Shown in pieces: positions 1 through 13,679 of a stretch of DNA of 64,000 nt. The stretch comes from Chiloscyllium plagiosum. Lineage: Eukaryota. The notes beneath the pieces were generated by a model that saw only the letters and a list, made by a program, of their open reading frames with translations, was not told the DNA's origin and did no database searches. Both the position numbers and the translations under genes were made by a program. The stretch lies in NCBI RefSeq assembly GCF_004010195.1, contig NC_057756.1:6205094-6269093 (forward strand), read 5' to 3'. Positions within the stretch are counted from its first letter, which is position 1, and every line of letters begins with the position of its first letter.

Positions 1-122
1 ACCCACGCAGACATGGGGAGAATGTGCAAACTCCACACAGACAGTCGCCCGAGGTGGGAATTGAACCCGGGTCCCTGGCACTGTGAGGCACACATGCTAA
101 CCACTGAGCCACCATGCTGCCC
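1..122 (-). mobile_element. HE1-type tRNA-derived SINE, 5' part
   Basis: Reverse complement of ggcagcatggtggctcagtggttagc...gggttcaattccc (A/B boxes); same family as 39462-39786. Confidence 0.85.
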
Positions 123-449
123 TCATGTTGCAAATATTTTGAGACATCCTTGATCCTGGCACCAGGAAATCAACACGCCATCCTAAAGTGATGCTCAATG
201 CCACAGGATTTCCTGTCTGAGCCTCTGCCAGAGGAATCCCCTCCAACAATTATTCTTTCACATTTTGTCAAATGTTACGTAATATAAGATTTTCTTTTAG
301 TACCCAAGTTCAGGCTGTCTCTTCAGAAAGACTATCCCTTTCAGCAGGACCCAAATCTGTTTGAGAGAGGAATAGCCGCAGGAAACATCTGACCTACCTC
401 ACCCCTTCCTGACAGTCACCATCTGTCTGACTGATCCTGCTGTAATCCC

Positions 450-1395
450 GGAGAAAGTGAGGACCGTGGATGCTAGAGCTCAGAGTTGAAAAGTGTGGTG
501 TTTGGAAAAGCCCAGCAGGTCAGGCATCTTCTAAAGAACAGGAGAGGCGTCATTTCAAGTATAAGCATTTCATCATGAGGGTGAGGGAGTGGAGAAGGGG
601 GCTGAGAGATAAATAGGAGGTTGAGGGTAGGGTTGGGGTGAAGGTAACTGGGAAAGTAATAGGTAGATGAAGGTGAGGGGGTGATAGTGATAGGTTGGAG
701 CGGAGAGTGGGAAGGAAGATGGATAGGTAGGACAGTTCAACAGAGTGGTGCTGCGTTGGAGGGTTGGATCTGGAATGAGATGGGAGGAGGGAAGATGAGG
801 AAGCTGGTGAAATTAACGTTGATACAGTGTGGTTGGAGGGTTCCAAGGTGGAAGATGAGGCATTCTTCCTCCAGGCGTTGGGTGGCTTGAATTTGGCAGT
901 GGAGGAGATTCAGGACTTGCATGTTCTTGGTGGAGTGGGAGGGGGAATTGAAGTGTTCGGCCACAGGGCGGTGGGTCTGTTTAGTGCGTGTGTCCGAGGG
1001 ATATTCTCTGAAACGTTCTGCAAGTTGGCGTCCAGTCTCCCCAATGTCGAGGAGACCACATCGACAGCAACCACATGGCATCAACATCAACTTCACCAGT
1101 TTCCTCATCCCCTTCCCCCGCCTTATCCCAGATCCAACCCTCTAACTTGGCACTGCCCTCTTGATCTTTCCACCTGTCCATCTTCCTTCCCACCTATCTG
1201 CTTCACCCTCCCAACTGACCTATCACAATCACACTAGCTGCATTTACATATCGCCTTCCCAGGAACCTTTCCCCCAACCCCACCTCCACCCTCTTATTTA
1301 TCTTTCAGCCTCCTAGAGCACACCCTACATTCCTGATGAAGGGCTACTCGGTTGCTACCTGATCTGTTATGCTTTTCCAGCACCACATTTTTTGA
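450..1395 (-). mobile_element. Penelope-like retroelement 3' fragment (GIY-YIG endonuclease C-terminus) with inverted terminal copy
   Basis: ORF 737-1108 reads IGETGRQLAERFREY...PVAEHFNSPSHS...RLEEECLIFHLGTLQP. 1070-1395 is an inverted copy of the 3' end. Confidence 0.8.
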
Positions 1396-1584
1396 ACATT
1401 TTAAATTCCTGAGCCATTTCATTGTGTCTCTTGTATACCCTTGAAGGCACTAAGCCAAAAAGAAGCTTTCAATAGCATCTTATACAGTATATCAAATAAA
1501 TGACTTTTCCTTACACACAGAAATTATTATTAAGAATGCAAACCAAAATCAATCACATAAATCTTCAATAAATTCAGCCAGTTA

Positions 1585-1880
1585 TAGTCTTAGAGTCATA
1601 GAGATGTACAGCATGGAAACAGACCCTTCAGTCTAACCCATCCATGCCGACCAGATATCCCAACCTAATCTAGTCCCACCTGCCAGCATCTGGCCCATAT
1701 CCCTCCAAACCTTTCCTATTCATATACCAATCCAAATGCCTCTTAAATGTTGCAATTGTACCAGCCTCTACCACTTCCTCTGGCAGCTAATTCCATACAC
1801 GTACCACCCTCTGCGTGAAAAAGTTGCCCCTTAGATCTCTTATATATCTTTCCCCTCTCACCCTAAACCTATGCCCTCAC
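1585..1880 (-). mobile_element. CR1/HER1 LINE 3' end fragment
   Basis: Matches the 3' RT end and tail of the copies at 30480-30670 and 37580-37800. Confidence 0.8.
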
Positions 1881-4239
1881 AAACTCTTAACATTCACCTG
1901 TACCTGTGTTTTTGTTTTGCTGCTCTTACCTATTATTTACTATCTACGCTACTTAACTCTGTGATCTGCCTGTATTGCTCACAAGACAAAGCTTTTTGCT
2001 GTGCCTATGTACATGTGACAATAAATTAAATTCAATCAATACAATAGTACTGGACTCCCTCACCCCTGACATGTTTTTCCAAAATGCAGCACCTCACACT
2101 TATCTAAATTAAACTCCATCGGCGAGTGGGTGAGTGGGTGAGTCACTCTTTCTTGTCAGAGATTGAGATTTTTTTCTCTCACTGGATTTTGTAAGTTTAG
2201 AATTTTGCCTCCGATCCCAATGGAGACAGGAATATGGAATAGTTTTCAGCAGAAGAAGATAGGCAAGGGAGTCAAATGTTATCGGGGATAGATGGGAATG
2301 TGTGATTCAGTACAAAACCTCATCAGCCATACTTATATTGAATGGTAGAGCACGATGAGGGGGGGGAGAAGAATGGCCTGCTTTTGTTGCTAGCTGACAT
2401 GTTTGTCCAACAACATGGGGCTGAGATTCTGGACTGGGGACTCCATCTTCTAGTTTCTGCTGCAGAGTGAGGGAGTGAGTTTGAAAGCCCCAGAGCCAGT
2501 GTAGAAATTCTATGTGATCAGCTGCCCAGCTCTGAACAGAAACATCACAGAGTCAGGGTTAAACGGGCAACTACTTGCAACGAAAGCAACATTTTGTGGA
2601 ATATCGCACTTGTTCCCTACTTCCTCATTCTAACACAGTGCTACACATCTGCACTTTATAATTACCAGCAGGTAGAGCAAAGGCCATTCAGTCCAAGCAG
2701 AGGATCCCCAGGCGAAGAGTCGGGCAGGTCGTATGTAAGTAATGAAATGATTGTCATGGGACTAATTGCAATACTTTTAATGATACAGAGACTTCATAAA
2801 AACAGATCCCAATGATTGATGCCTTCAGTAGATTCCTCCTTATTATTGAATAGGAATCCTACTTGTTACTGAGCTCTGGGCTTGTTTCTCGAACAGAAAC
2901 CAATTCTCAACTTCTGTTAGACACAAACATAATGAGGTCTGCTCAGCTCCTCCAGCCTTTTAAACAGGAACAGGAGATCCGTTTAGCCTGTTACACAAGG
3001 ATGAGACTAATCCAGTCCCACGAAACTGGAGTAAGTCCATTCATCCCCTCAGATCTGAGAGAGGGACAGGAGAAAACCCGTTCAGCTCCATCAGACCATG
3101 TTAAATACTGCCCGGGTCTGCATAGAGGCAATTGCTAACAAACAGTTCGCAGTTTATTTGTAATGCTGGGCAAACTGCTGCCTTCTCACTTTGAACCAAC
3201 TTCCCAACCTCACTCACAGTGACACATGGAAAATACAAATTAAATACACGTGGAAGCAGCACAGGAAGAGGCCATGCTGACCAAGCAGAGTGTGTCAGCA
3301 CTTAATCCTTAGGCAAGCAGTCAGACAGGTCCAGGGTAAATAATAACACAACAGGAACTCACTTCCAGGATCAACATCATCCTTTGTTAATGCTGTGACT
3401 TTGTAAAGACATATCCCAGTCACTGGTGATTGGAATCAGATTTCTACTGATTGATATCTGGCCATAAGGCTCATGTTGCTGATACAGAATGTCTTCATGG
3501 ACCAATGGACAAGGCAAGGAGATTTGGGAGATGCTGAGGAGGTGACAGACACGACAAGAAATTCAAGTTGTTCATTGTTTTACTTTATTGAAGCCTTGTA
3601 AATCTCTGCTGAGCACTGATCATACCACAGAGAATCAAAATAGTCTGTGAAGACATTGTCTAATAGATGTTCTGATAGGTATATACNNNNNNNNNNNNNN
3701 NNNNNNNNNNNNNNNNNNNNNNNNNNNNNNNNNNNNNNNNNNNNNNNNNNNNNNNNNNNNNNNNNNNNNNNNNNNNNNNNNNNNNNNNNNNNNNNNNNNN
3801 NNNNNNNNNNNNNNNNNNNNNNNNNNNNNNNNNNNNNNNNNNNNNNNNNNNNNNNNNNNNNNNNNNNNNNNNNNNNNNNNNNNNNNNNNNNNNNNNNNNN
3901 NNNNNNNNNNNNNNNNNNNNNNNNNNNNNNNNNNNNNNNNNNNNNNNNNNNNNNNNNNNNNNNNNNNNNNNNNNNNNNNNNNNNNNNNNNNNNNNNNNNN
4001 NNNNNNNNNNNNNNNNNNNNNNNNNNNNNNNNNNNNNNNNNNNNNNNNNNNNNNNNNNNNNNNNNNNNNNNNNNNNNNNNNNNNNNNNNNNNNNNNNNNN
4101 NNNNNNNNNNNNNNNNNNNNNNNNNNNNNNNNNNNNNNNNNNNNNNNNNNNNNNNNNNNNNNNNNNNNNNNNNNNNNNNNNNNNNNNNNNNNNNNNNNNN
4201 NNNNNNNNNNNNNNNNNNNNNNNNNNNNNNNNNNNNNNN

Positions 4240-4393
4240 TGTGGGAGGAAACCGGAGCACCCGGAGGAAACCCACGCAGACACGGGGAGAATGTGCAAAC
4301 TCCACACAGTCAGTCGCCTGAGTCGGGAATTGAACCCGGGTCTACAGGCGCTGTGAGGCAGCAGTGCTAACCACTGGGCCACCGTGCCGCCCA
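4240..4393 (-). mobile_element. HE1-type SINE (runs into gap)
   Basis: Near identity to other SINE copies in the window. Confidence 0.9.
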
Positions 4394-4399
4394 GGTGTT

Positions 4400-5882
4400 A
4401 GCAATTCTGGAAAGTGTGAAAATAGAAACGTCCCCTGAGGCTGGATAGGATTTATCTGAGGATTCTTTGATCTTTGGCTTTGATATTTGTCATCATTGTT
4501 TACAGGAATAGTGCTGGAAGACTGCAGGATAGCAAATGTTGTCCCTTTGTTCAAGAAGAGGAGTAGAGACACCCTTTATAGACCAGTGAGCCTTACTTCA
4601 GTTGTAGGTAAAGTGTTATTTAGGGTTATAAGCGATAGGATTTATAATCATCTAGAGAGGAATAATTTAAGTAAGGATAGTCAACCAGGTTTTGTGAAGG
4701 GTAGGTCGTGCCTCACAAACCTTATTGAGTTCTTTGAGAAGGATGAGGTTAAAGTGGTTGATGTGGTGGATATGGATTTCAGTAAGGTGTTTGATAAAGT
4801 TCCCCGGATTAGGCTATTGCACAAAGTATGGAGGCATGGGATTGAGGGGGATTTAGCAGTTTCGATCAGAAAAGAAAGAAGACAGAAGGTGGTGGTTGTT
4901 GGGAAATGTTCATCCTGGAGTTCAGTTACTAGTGTTGTACCACAAAGATATGTTTTGGGAACACTGCTGTTTGTCATTTTTATAAATGATCTGGATGAGG
5001 GCACAAAAGGATAGATTAGTAAATCTGCAGATGACAATAAGGTCAGTAGAGTTGTAAATAGTGGCACAAAAACTGCAGAATTGGGCTGAGAGGTGGCAAA
5101 TGGAGTTTAACGTGGAAACATTTGAGGTGATTCACTTTGGAAGGAGTAACAGGAATACAGAGCACTGAGCTAATGGTAAAATTCTTGGTAGTGTGGATGA
5201 GCAGAGAGATCTCAGTGTCCATGTACCTAGATCCATGAAAGTTGTCACCCAGGTTGATAGGGTTGTTAAGAAGGCATACGGTGTGTTAGCTTTTATTGGT
5301 AGAGAGATTGAGTTTTGGAGCCATGAGATCATGTTGCAGCTGTACAAAACTATGATGTGGCCACACTTAGAGTATTACATTCAATTCTAGTTGTCTCATT
5401 ATAGGAGGGATGTGGAAGCTTTGGAAAGGGTGAAGAGGAGATTTACTAGAATGTTGCCTGGTACGGAGGAAAGGTCTTATGAGGAAAGGCTGAAGGACTT
5501 GAGGCTATTTTTGTTAGAGAGAAGAAGGTTGAGAGGTGACTTAAATGAGTCATATAAGACGATCAGAAGATGGTGTGGACAGTGAGAGCATTTTTCCTTG
5601 GATGGTGATGGCTAGCAAGAGTGGACATAGCTTTAAATTGATGGGTCGCAGATATAGGACAAATGATAGAGGTAGTTTCTTTACTCAGAGAGTAGTAGAA
5701 CTCACTGCCTGCAACAGTAGACTCAACAACTTTAAGGGCATTTAAATATTCACTAGATAGACACATGGATGAGAATGGAATAGTGTAGGTAAGATGGGCT
5801 CCAGATTGGTTTCACAGGTTGGTATAACATTGAGGGCTGAAGGGCCTGCACTGTGTTGTCATGTTCTAACTCTAACTCTAAC
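4400..5882 (+). mobile_element. CR1/HER1 LINE, 5'-truncated, decayed RT
   Basis: ORF fragments RPVSLTSVVGK, SCLTNLIEFFE, DFSKVFDKVP, LFVIFINDLD; tail (ctctaa)n. Confidence 0.92.
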
Positions 5883-5976
5883 TTGAGAGCTGTCAGACAA
5901 AAAGTGAGGTCTCATTAACTCCTTTCCCTTTCAGAGCTTGCGAGGGAGAAGCTAATGAAATATCTAGGAGAGGACA

Positions 5977-6016
5977 ATGATTGGGAAATCTTACTTCCTG
6001 CTGTCACTCCTGCAAG
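5977..6016 (+). CDS. Siglec-like gene, signal-peptide exon (MIGKSYFLLSLLQ + phase-1 G)
   Basis: ATG in gacaATG context, hydrophobic 13 codons and a strong donor CAAG|gtaatg. An upstream acceptor cctttccctttcag| ends at 5934. Splicing to 13140 in frame gives MIGKSYFLLSLLQAGLALEWEIDTPPEV. Confidence 0.8.
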
Positions 6017-6454
6017 GTAATGTCATCATCGACTTGGTCAGGTTGCTGTTTGATTAATCTTTTACAAAGACGTCTTTATTGAGCTCTGATTGGGAACAAT
6101 TCAGCAGTGAGCCAGTGCGCACACTCACATCAAATCCTGGTCACATATCACCCTGTGCTCACCGATATACACCAGCTACTCATCTGACAACAGTAGTGAA
6201 GGAGGACAGAGATCTTCAATGTACATTGTCGGTCTAGAGCGGGTTACAGAGGCAGTGAGTGGAGGGGGAGGACGGGAAATCAATGGTGATTATCCTGAAG
6301 CTGAAGTTTCATTAACCAATGGAAGTCAGTGAACCATGAGTCAGTCATGGGTCTGAGTTTTGATAAAAACTGGGAATGATGTTTATTCTGGAAGCGACAC
6401 GTTTGAGTGCAATTTTCTGAAACTTGTGTATTTTGTTGATTTTTGACACAATTG

Positions 6455-6565
6455 CCCACTTCTCCTAAAATACACAGGCTGCTCAGTGTCACACTTCCTC
6501 TGCATTCTCATTGTGATAGAAACCAGGAAGGGTGTGAGATAACCAACAGAGAGAGGAAAGGAAAC
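6455..6565. promoter_or_regulatory. Candidate ETS/PU.1 motif cluster in the intron after the signal exon
   Basis: cacttcctct at 6492-6501 (AGAGGAAGTG on the minus strand) with further GGAA cores (ccaggaag, gagaggaaaggaaac) in non-repeat sequence. Motif match only. Confidence 0.25.
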
Positions 6566-7139
6566 ACACTCAGTGAAGAAATGTGTCAAACATTCAGTTC
6601 CCAATTTACCTTTGCTCTCAACATATGCAGAGCTCAGGCTAGAGGCACCTTGCTCGAGTGTTTCATACTGTCTGCAGGATTGGGGTCAGTGCTGAGTTTG
6701 GGAACCAGTCAGTCTCCAATGCTACATCAGAATCAACAATACAGCAATGTGGAGCATGGACTAATTCTCTCCCTCTTACACTTTAATTTCTACCTTTTTG
6801 AGATTTTGTTCTCCATGATTACCAACCCCTTTGTCTAATGCATTGGGTCTCGATGTCATTGGCCCCACCACAGCTCTGCCAAAATTATGAAAGAAAGCCT
6901 CTTTTCCAACACCTTCCAGTTCTGAAGAGTCATTTCAGACTCCTTTGTGAACTCTGTTTCCCTCTGCACACAGTTGATCTGAATTTCACCAGCTTTCTCA
7001 AAGTTTGCTGAGATTTCCAGCATCCACACTGTTTCCCTTTCAGTATCCAGTAACACCACGACCAGTCAGAATCAACGTGGCTTCTTCAATTTTTTTTAAA
7101 AAGCTTGCATTGATAACTGCGGAGAGAAATCAGAGTTAA

Positions 7140-7560
7140 CATTTCAGTTTGAGTGTCCCTTCCTCATTTCCATAGATGCTGACAGACCTGCAGAGCTTTT
7201 CCAGCAATTACTGCTTTTGTTTCTGCTTTACAGCATCCTCAGTTGTTCCTTTTTTTTATAGAGCTGATAATTATTCCCTGGTAAATTCCATGGCACGTCA
7301 TGACTACATTCTGCCTATCAATATATAGGGAACATTTCTTCATGCAGTCTAGAATTTCAGTTTGAGTGTCCCTTCCTCAGTTCCATAGATGCTGACAGAC
7401 CTGCGGAGCTTTTCCAGCAATTACTGCTTTTGTTTCTGATTTACAGCATCCTCAGTTGTTCCATTTTTTTTATAGAGCTGATAATTATTCCCTGGTAAAT
7501 TCCATGGCACTACATTCTGCCTATCAATATATAGGGAACATTTCTTCATGCAGTCTAGAT
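7140..7560. repeat. Tandem direct duplication, about 210-bp unit x2
   Basis: atttcagtttgagtgtcccttcctc...gcagtctaga occurs at about 7141-7352 and 7353-7559. Confidence 0.9.
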
Positions 7561-10500
7561 TGTGGTGTCCTTTGAAATTTGGACTGATGAGTGCAAAGTG
7601 AAATACTTCAAAAGTACGTCTCTCTTTTCAACAATAATCAAGTACAATCCACCAAAAAACAATGAACACACACTGGCAGGAAAAATAGGAAGGTGTGTGG
7701 AAGGTGTCAGTCAGGTGGAGTTGTGGAAAACAGGGTTCATGTTGAACAAATATATCAATCATTCATCACTGCTCCATGGATGAGTGAATCCACAAAGTAA
7801 CAAACTGAGCACTGCACTTAATTTCCAGAGGGATACAATTGAAATGTAGGAACACTACATTAAACCCAAATCGAATTCTGGTCAGACCACATCTGGAGTA
7901 CTGTGTGCAGTCCTGATGTGCACATTATAAAATAGACCCAAGGTATTTGAGAGAGTGCAGGGAAGATTAATACAGTGGATTTCAGAAATATGTGGATCAA
8001 TGCATCAGGAAAGGATGAACAGACTGCTCCTTGCTGGCAGAAAAGCTGATGTGATGAAATTGCTCCTTTAACAAAGTTTTGCTATCCTTGGCTTTTCTTT
8101 TTCAGAGAGATTGTAATTGACACAGACTCTGAAAAGGTTTTAGGGCCAGTTTGATAATAGCTAACAGATACTGCCTCAGGCAGAGGCTTTCAAGTTTAAT
8201 AAAAACAGTTGTACAATGAAAGGGGTGTGGCCAGTTCTGCCAGCTCAGCTTTTCTCTGGTTGGCTTTTTTTAGCAGTAGTGTGAAGAACAGCTCCTGGGT
8301 CTACAGGCTGCTACTCTGTCTCTGACTTCTATCCTCTAAGAATTTGAGTTTGATTTTACCATTTGTGCCAAAGGATGTTTTGGCGATTGTTGAAAGTATT
8401 TGGAACAGCAGCATTAATTTGATCTGTTGGGTTTTGGAGAGGTTAAGTTATTCGGTATTCCATTTTCTGTTGTTTATGTTTCATTCAGAAATCTTGTAAA
8501 TAAATTCTGTTTTGTTTAAACTAAATGGTTTGACCAACTGTATCTCTCCTGGAGTACACACCTCACACCTACTTAAAACAACCAGCAAAGTTAGGGCCTG
8601 GGATACAATCTTGAAATGATTTAAGGGGTCTGGCCTGGTCCAGAGCTCTTTGCGGGATTTGTTCTGTAGTTCCAAATTGGGATGAGAGTTATCAGACTCA
8701 AGGGCAGCAAGTGTTAGTGTTAGTGTCTTTTGTTCTGGGTGTTGAATTCAGTTGATTTAAATAGTGCTTGGGATAGCAATGGCTCTTTCTGTCAACCAGA
8801 GATTTCTCTGGGTGGAAGAAGTGACCTTGGGGCTTTTACAAAAGGTGATTAAGGCCAAGCTGCTGCAATTAGCCGACAAGCTGGGGTTGGAACTGCCTCC
8901 TTCCATGAGCAAAGGAGAGATATTTATAGCAGTAGCTCAGCATTTGAATTTGCTGGAAACACCATCAGAACCTTTTGAGATGGATAAAATTTAATTGCAA
9001 ATGAAGCAGCTTGAGTTACAGGCAAAATACAAGGGATTATGATGAAAAGCAAAGGAGAGAGGAAACGAAAAAGAGAGAGAAGAGAGACAAAAGGAGAGTG
9101 AGGAAAGTAAGAAAGAGAGAAGGTTTGAACTTCAAAAATTAGCACTTAGACAGGAAAATCAGCTTACAAGGTTGGAGATGAAGGTTGAAGGTAAGCTTAG
9201 TGTGGAAGAGTTTGAGGATGAACAAACTCATGGGAGCCAAAGACCTGGTTCAAGCATTGCCTCAATTTGATGAGAAGAATGAGGAAGTCTTTTTCATCTC
9301 ATTTGAAAAAGTGGCTAAAAAATGTGGTGGCCAGTGACCCTGTGGGTTTTGTAGGTAGAGCAAGTGAGGTATTCACATCACTGTCAGAGGAAGTATCTGG
9401 GGTATATGAGGAGGTGAAGAAAGCTATAATAAGTGCATATGAGCTTCTGCCAGAATCCTACAGACAACATTTCAGGAATCTAAATAAGAACCCTGGCCAA
9501 ACCTACATTGAATTGGAAAGCATCAAACAAAGTAATTTTTACAGGTGGATAAGAACATTAAAAATAGAGTATATCTACAATGCTCTTACAGAGACAATTA
9601 TTTTGGAGGAGTTCAAAAATTCACTTTCTGAAGTAGGGAGAACACATGTGGAAAAGCAGAGAGTTAAAATGGCAAGTTGGCCCATAAGTTAACATTTGGC
9701 TTCCAGAATCAATTTCAGTCCATGAGGGATAGAAACTGGAGAAAAATAGAAATCCTCACGTGGAAAGGGAAAGATAGATTTCGGTGAAGATCATCAGGAT
9801 AACTTACCATAGGGTAAAAAGTAAACCCTTGAAGGGGACAGAGAAGTTAAAAAGCTCCCAGGTTTTCACTGCAATAAAGTAGGCTGTTGGTTGGTTAGGA
9901 GAAGCCATGGGAAGCCAGCTCAAGGAATACAGGATAAGTCAGTGAATTCTGTTGGAGTGGTGACAGAAAGTACAGTGAAGGCTATAAAGCTGTACCAGAA
10001 TGTACAATCTGGTTGGAGGTTGGTTAAGGAGGAAGTTGGTTCAGATCTTCTTAACCCATATACCTGCAAAGGTAAAGGTTACTCACATAGGCCTGGAGCA
10101 GCAGGTAAAGAGGTCATAATATTAAGAGACACAGGATCCTCTCCGTCTGTGATGCAATAAGATGAGGAGACATGTACTTGTGAAGGGTTACTGCCAGTAA
10201 AGGTACTAGTAATGGGAAATCACAGGCAGACAAAAAACATTCAATTATGTAAAGTGAGGTTAGAGTGTTCAGTGATGAATGGTGAATTTGTCACAGGAAT
10301 ACTGGACAAACTCTCAGCTCCAGGAATAACATTTGTCCTTGCTAATGATATAGCTGATATTAGTGGGTAGGGGTGCTACCTACTGTGGTTGAAAAGCTAG
10401 TGGAAACTCAGGCAACTGAAATAATGCAGGACACATATTCCTGGAATTTTTCCTCATTGTGTGGTAATGAGGTCATAAAGTCACCAGCTGAAACAGGAGA

Positions 10501-11304
10501 GATCAAAGAGTACAGCTAAGAATGTTGAAGTAGATTGAGCAGAGACCCTGCTTGATCAGATGGTTGAGACAAAACAGGAGCAGATAGATGACAATGCAGA
10601 CATCTTTAGCTCAGATATATTAACTTGGTTACAGCAGAAAGATGAAAATTTTAAGCAATTGCATCAAAAGGCATTCACAGAAAAGGAATGCAAATGAATC
10701 TCTGAATGTTATTATCTTAACAATGATGTGTTAGTGAAGAAATAGAGACCATCACGCATTCAGGCAGATGAGAAAAGGGCAGAAGTTCATCAAATTGTAC
10801 TGCCAGTAGGTTATAGAAAGGAGGTGTTGTGAGTGGTGCACAAACTACCAGAAGGGGGGTCATTTAGGAATGAATAAAATGCAAAGTAAAATACCAAAAC
10901 ATTTTTACTGGCCTGGAATGCACAAGGAAATAATTGAATTTTGCCAGACGTGTCAGCATGTCAGATGATTGGAAAACCACAGGCAGTAATAAAACCTGCA
11001 CATTTACAACCTATTCCTGCATTTGAGGAACATTTTACAAGGGTCTTTATTGATTGTGTAGGACCCCTACCTAAAACAAAAAGTGGGAATCAGTAATTGT
11101 TAACAATAATGGAAATGTTGACTCGATTTCCAGAAGCTATTCTATTACCCAATATCATGACTAAAAGGATTGTAGAGGAATTACTCAAGTTTTTCACGAG
11201 ATACGGACTACTGACAGAGACACAATCAGATCAAGGGTCAAACTTCACATCAAAATTAATCAAGAAAGTTATGTACAGTTTGGGAATAACAAACACTTAG
11301 GAAT

Positions 11305-11368
11305 AACACTGTAAGTAATCTAATCTAATCTAATCTAATCTAATCTAATCTAATCTAATCTAATCTAA
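11305..11368 (+). repeat. (CTAAT)n pentanucleotide tract, orphan SINE/LINE tail
   Basis: acactgtaagtaatctaatctaat... matches the HE1 3' tail. Confidence 0.85.
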
Positions 11369-11859
11369 CAATTCAAATATACTGTGGACCATCCAGAATT
11401 GCTGGGAGTGCTAGGAAGATGGTATCAGACATTGAAGACTATCCATATGATTGAGATAAGGGAATTCCGTTTGTGGCTTTTGCGATCAGAGATGCATAAA
11501 ATTAATCAGCCAAAATCAGTCCATTTGAATTAGATTTTAGGCATGAAGTGAGAGGAAAATTGATTAAAGAGAAATTGTTAAGTCAGAATTCAGAGACCAC
11601 ATATTTGGATTTTGTGTCAAATTTTAGGGAACAATTAAATAGAGCTGGGGAGTTGGTTAGACAGCATTTAGAAGTATCGCAGCATACATTGAAACAGGAA
11701 GCAGACAAGAAATCAAAAATTCACAATTTTGCTCTCTGGGGATAAAGTATTGGTATTCCTCCAGTGATAGTTGAACCTTTAAAAGCAACGTTGAGTGCAC
11801 CTTATAAAGGAAACTGAGTGAGGATCAAATTATTCTGTTGTTTGTGTTTCATTCTGTAA

Positions 11860-12166
11860 TTAGATTAGTTTACTTACAGTGTGGAAACTGGCCCTTCGGC
11901 CCAACAAGTCCACACCGACCCACCAAAGCCCAACCCATCCAGACCCATCCCCCCCTTCACCTAACACTACGGGCAATTTAGCATGGCCAATTCACCTAAG
12001 CTGCACATTTTTGGATCGGGGGAGGAAACCGGAGCACCCGGAGGAAACCTACACAGACACAGGGAGAATGTGCAAACTCCACACAGACATCGCCTGAGGC
12101 GGGAATTGAACCCAGGTCTCTGGCGCTGCGAGGCAGCAGTGTTAACCACTGTACCACCGTGCCACC
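11860..12166 (-). mobile_element. HE1-type SINE inside the 3' LTR of Gypsy A
   Basis: Full SINE body; LTR sequence resumes on both sides. Confidence 0.9.
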
Positions 12167-13139
12167 ATTGTGTAAGTAAATTGTTTTGTTTAAAACTAAG
12201 TAGTTTGACCAGATGATTCTCTCCTGGAATATATACTCTCCACTTGCTTAAAACAACTAGCAAAGTTAGGGTCAAGGCTACCTTCTTGAAATGTTTTGTG
12301 GAGTCTGGCCTGTTCCATAACATTGATGGATAATCTTAATGATGCTGTTAAAATTCTGAGAGGATTTGAGACAGTGAATTCGGGAAGAATGCATCATCTT
12401 GTGGGATATACCAGGGACCATTGACAGAGACAAGAAATCCAGATGTGAATTCAGGAGAAACCTCTTCACTGAGTATGCGCAGAATGTGACACTCCCTCTC
12501 ATGGAGAGTAGTTGAGGTGAATCATGTCAATGTCCATAATGAGGGCACTGGATAAACACACAAGGGAGAAGGGGATAGAGGGTGTCAATGTTAGACATGG
12601 ATGAAGAAAGATGGGATGCTTAAGTGGAGTAGCAACAGCAGTGTGGACTGGTTGAGCTGAATGGATTGTTTCTGTGATCTGTATCTAATGTATTGCCATA
12701 GATTCATACTTACCCTGAATTTGTTGTCCCTCTGCTCTGTCTCATCATTGTTCTCAAACTGCCCTCTAAGTGATTGCCTGCTTCCTGAATCCCATTATTA
12801 ACACTGTCCTTCTGCACATCACCCTCATGTTGTGAGTGTTATAAATTAGATTGGGAGCCTGTAATTATGAAGGGTTTATGTCCAAACTGTTGATTCTCCT
12901 GATCCTTGGATGCTGCCTGACCGGCTGTGCTTTTCCAGCATATACTCTTGACTGTAATTACCATGAGCCAATGTACAATGAACTTGTCCATTCCTGTGTC
13001 CAGTATTTTACTCCTTCCTTGTGTGTCCTGGAGCTGGTCCTTACTGCAGCTACTGTGCACAAGTGATGGAGGGAATGGATATTGAGTCTATTGGATCTAC
13101 AGCCTCTCCAGTGCTAAATACTGATATTTCTCTCCCCAG

Positions 13140-13505
13140 CTGGACTGGCACTAGAGTGGGAAATCGACACACCACCTGAGGTGACAGTACAGGAAGGTTC
13201 CTGTGCACAGATCCCATGTCGTTACCGATATCCTTCACCTCTGGCTAGTCAACATCGAGATGGAATCTGGTTTAATAACGAGAAACCGGTCACATCATCG
13301 ATAGCCTTTCACTCCCGGGATCACAGCAAAGAGTTGCCACATTTCCGACACCGGACCCGGCTCACTGGAAACCTGAACAATGGAGACTGTTCCCTGATTA
13401 TAAACAACATCAGACAGGAAGATGCAGGACCTTATTTGTTCAGAGTAGAATTTGGGGGAACGTATAAATACAGCTACTACCCTGTAACCCAGCTCTATGT
13501 TTCAG
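13140..13505 (+). CDS. Siglec-like gene, N-terminal V-set Ig (sialic-acid-binding) domain exon
   Basis: Acceptor tttctctccccag|, donor TCAG|gtcagt, 366 nt, phase 1/1. Siglec hallmarks present: N-terminal Trp, VQEGSCAQIPC, GDCSLII, DAGPYLFRVE with Arg at 13442-13444, and KYSY. Confidence 0.95.
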
Positions 13506-13679
13506 GTCAGTGATATACAATAATTGCTCAGTTCAGACCCAACACTCAGTGCCAAACTGCTCAGCCTTGGGTTTGTTGCACCAGTTTTGCGGGTGTGCTA
13601 ATTAGTGTCAGTACATTTCGTGACTCAATTATCACTCTGTTCCACGCGCTGTACCACTAGGGTAAAGGTTTTGATTTAA

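Larger units (their letters stand above)
8050..12322 (+). mobile_element. Gmr1-like Gypsy LTR retrotransposon A, internally deleted
   Basis: TG...CA ends with ctga/ttga target-site duplication. 5' LTR about 8050-8645, then gag, protease ILRDTGSS and integrase TRFPEA...QSDQGSNFTS. Partial 3' LTR about 11825-12322. RT is missing. Confidence 0.88.

Noticed and set aside
3580..4382. Long ORFs containing X runs (also at 19483-20668, 35028-36066, 49166-49519, 55941-56177)
   Set aside because: Artefacts of translating through N gaps.
6747..6838. Hydrophobic ORF end (HGLILSLLHFNFYLFEILF) as an alternative signal exon
   Set aside because: No suitable start plus donor combination; 5977-6016 fits much better.
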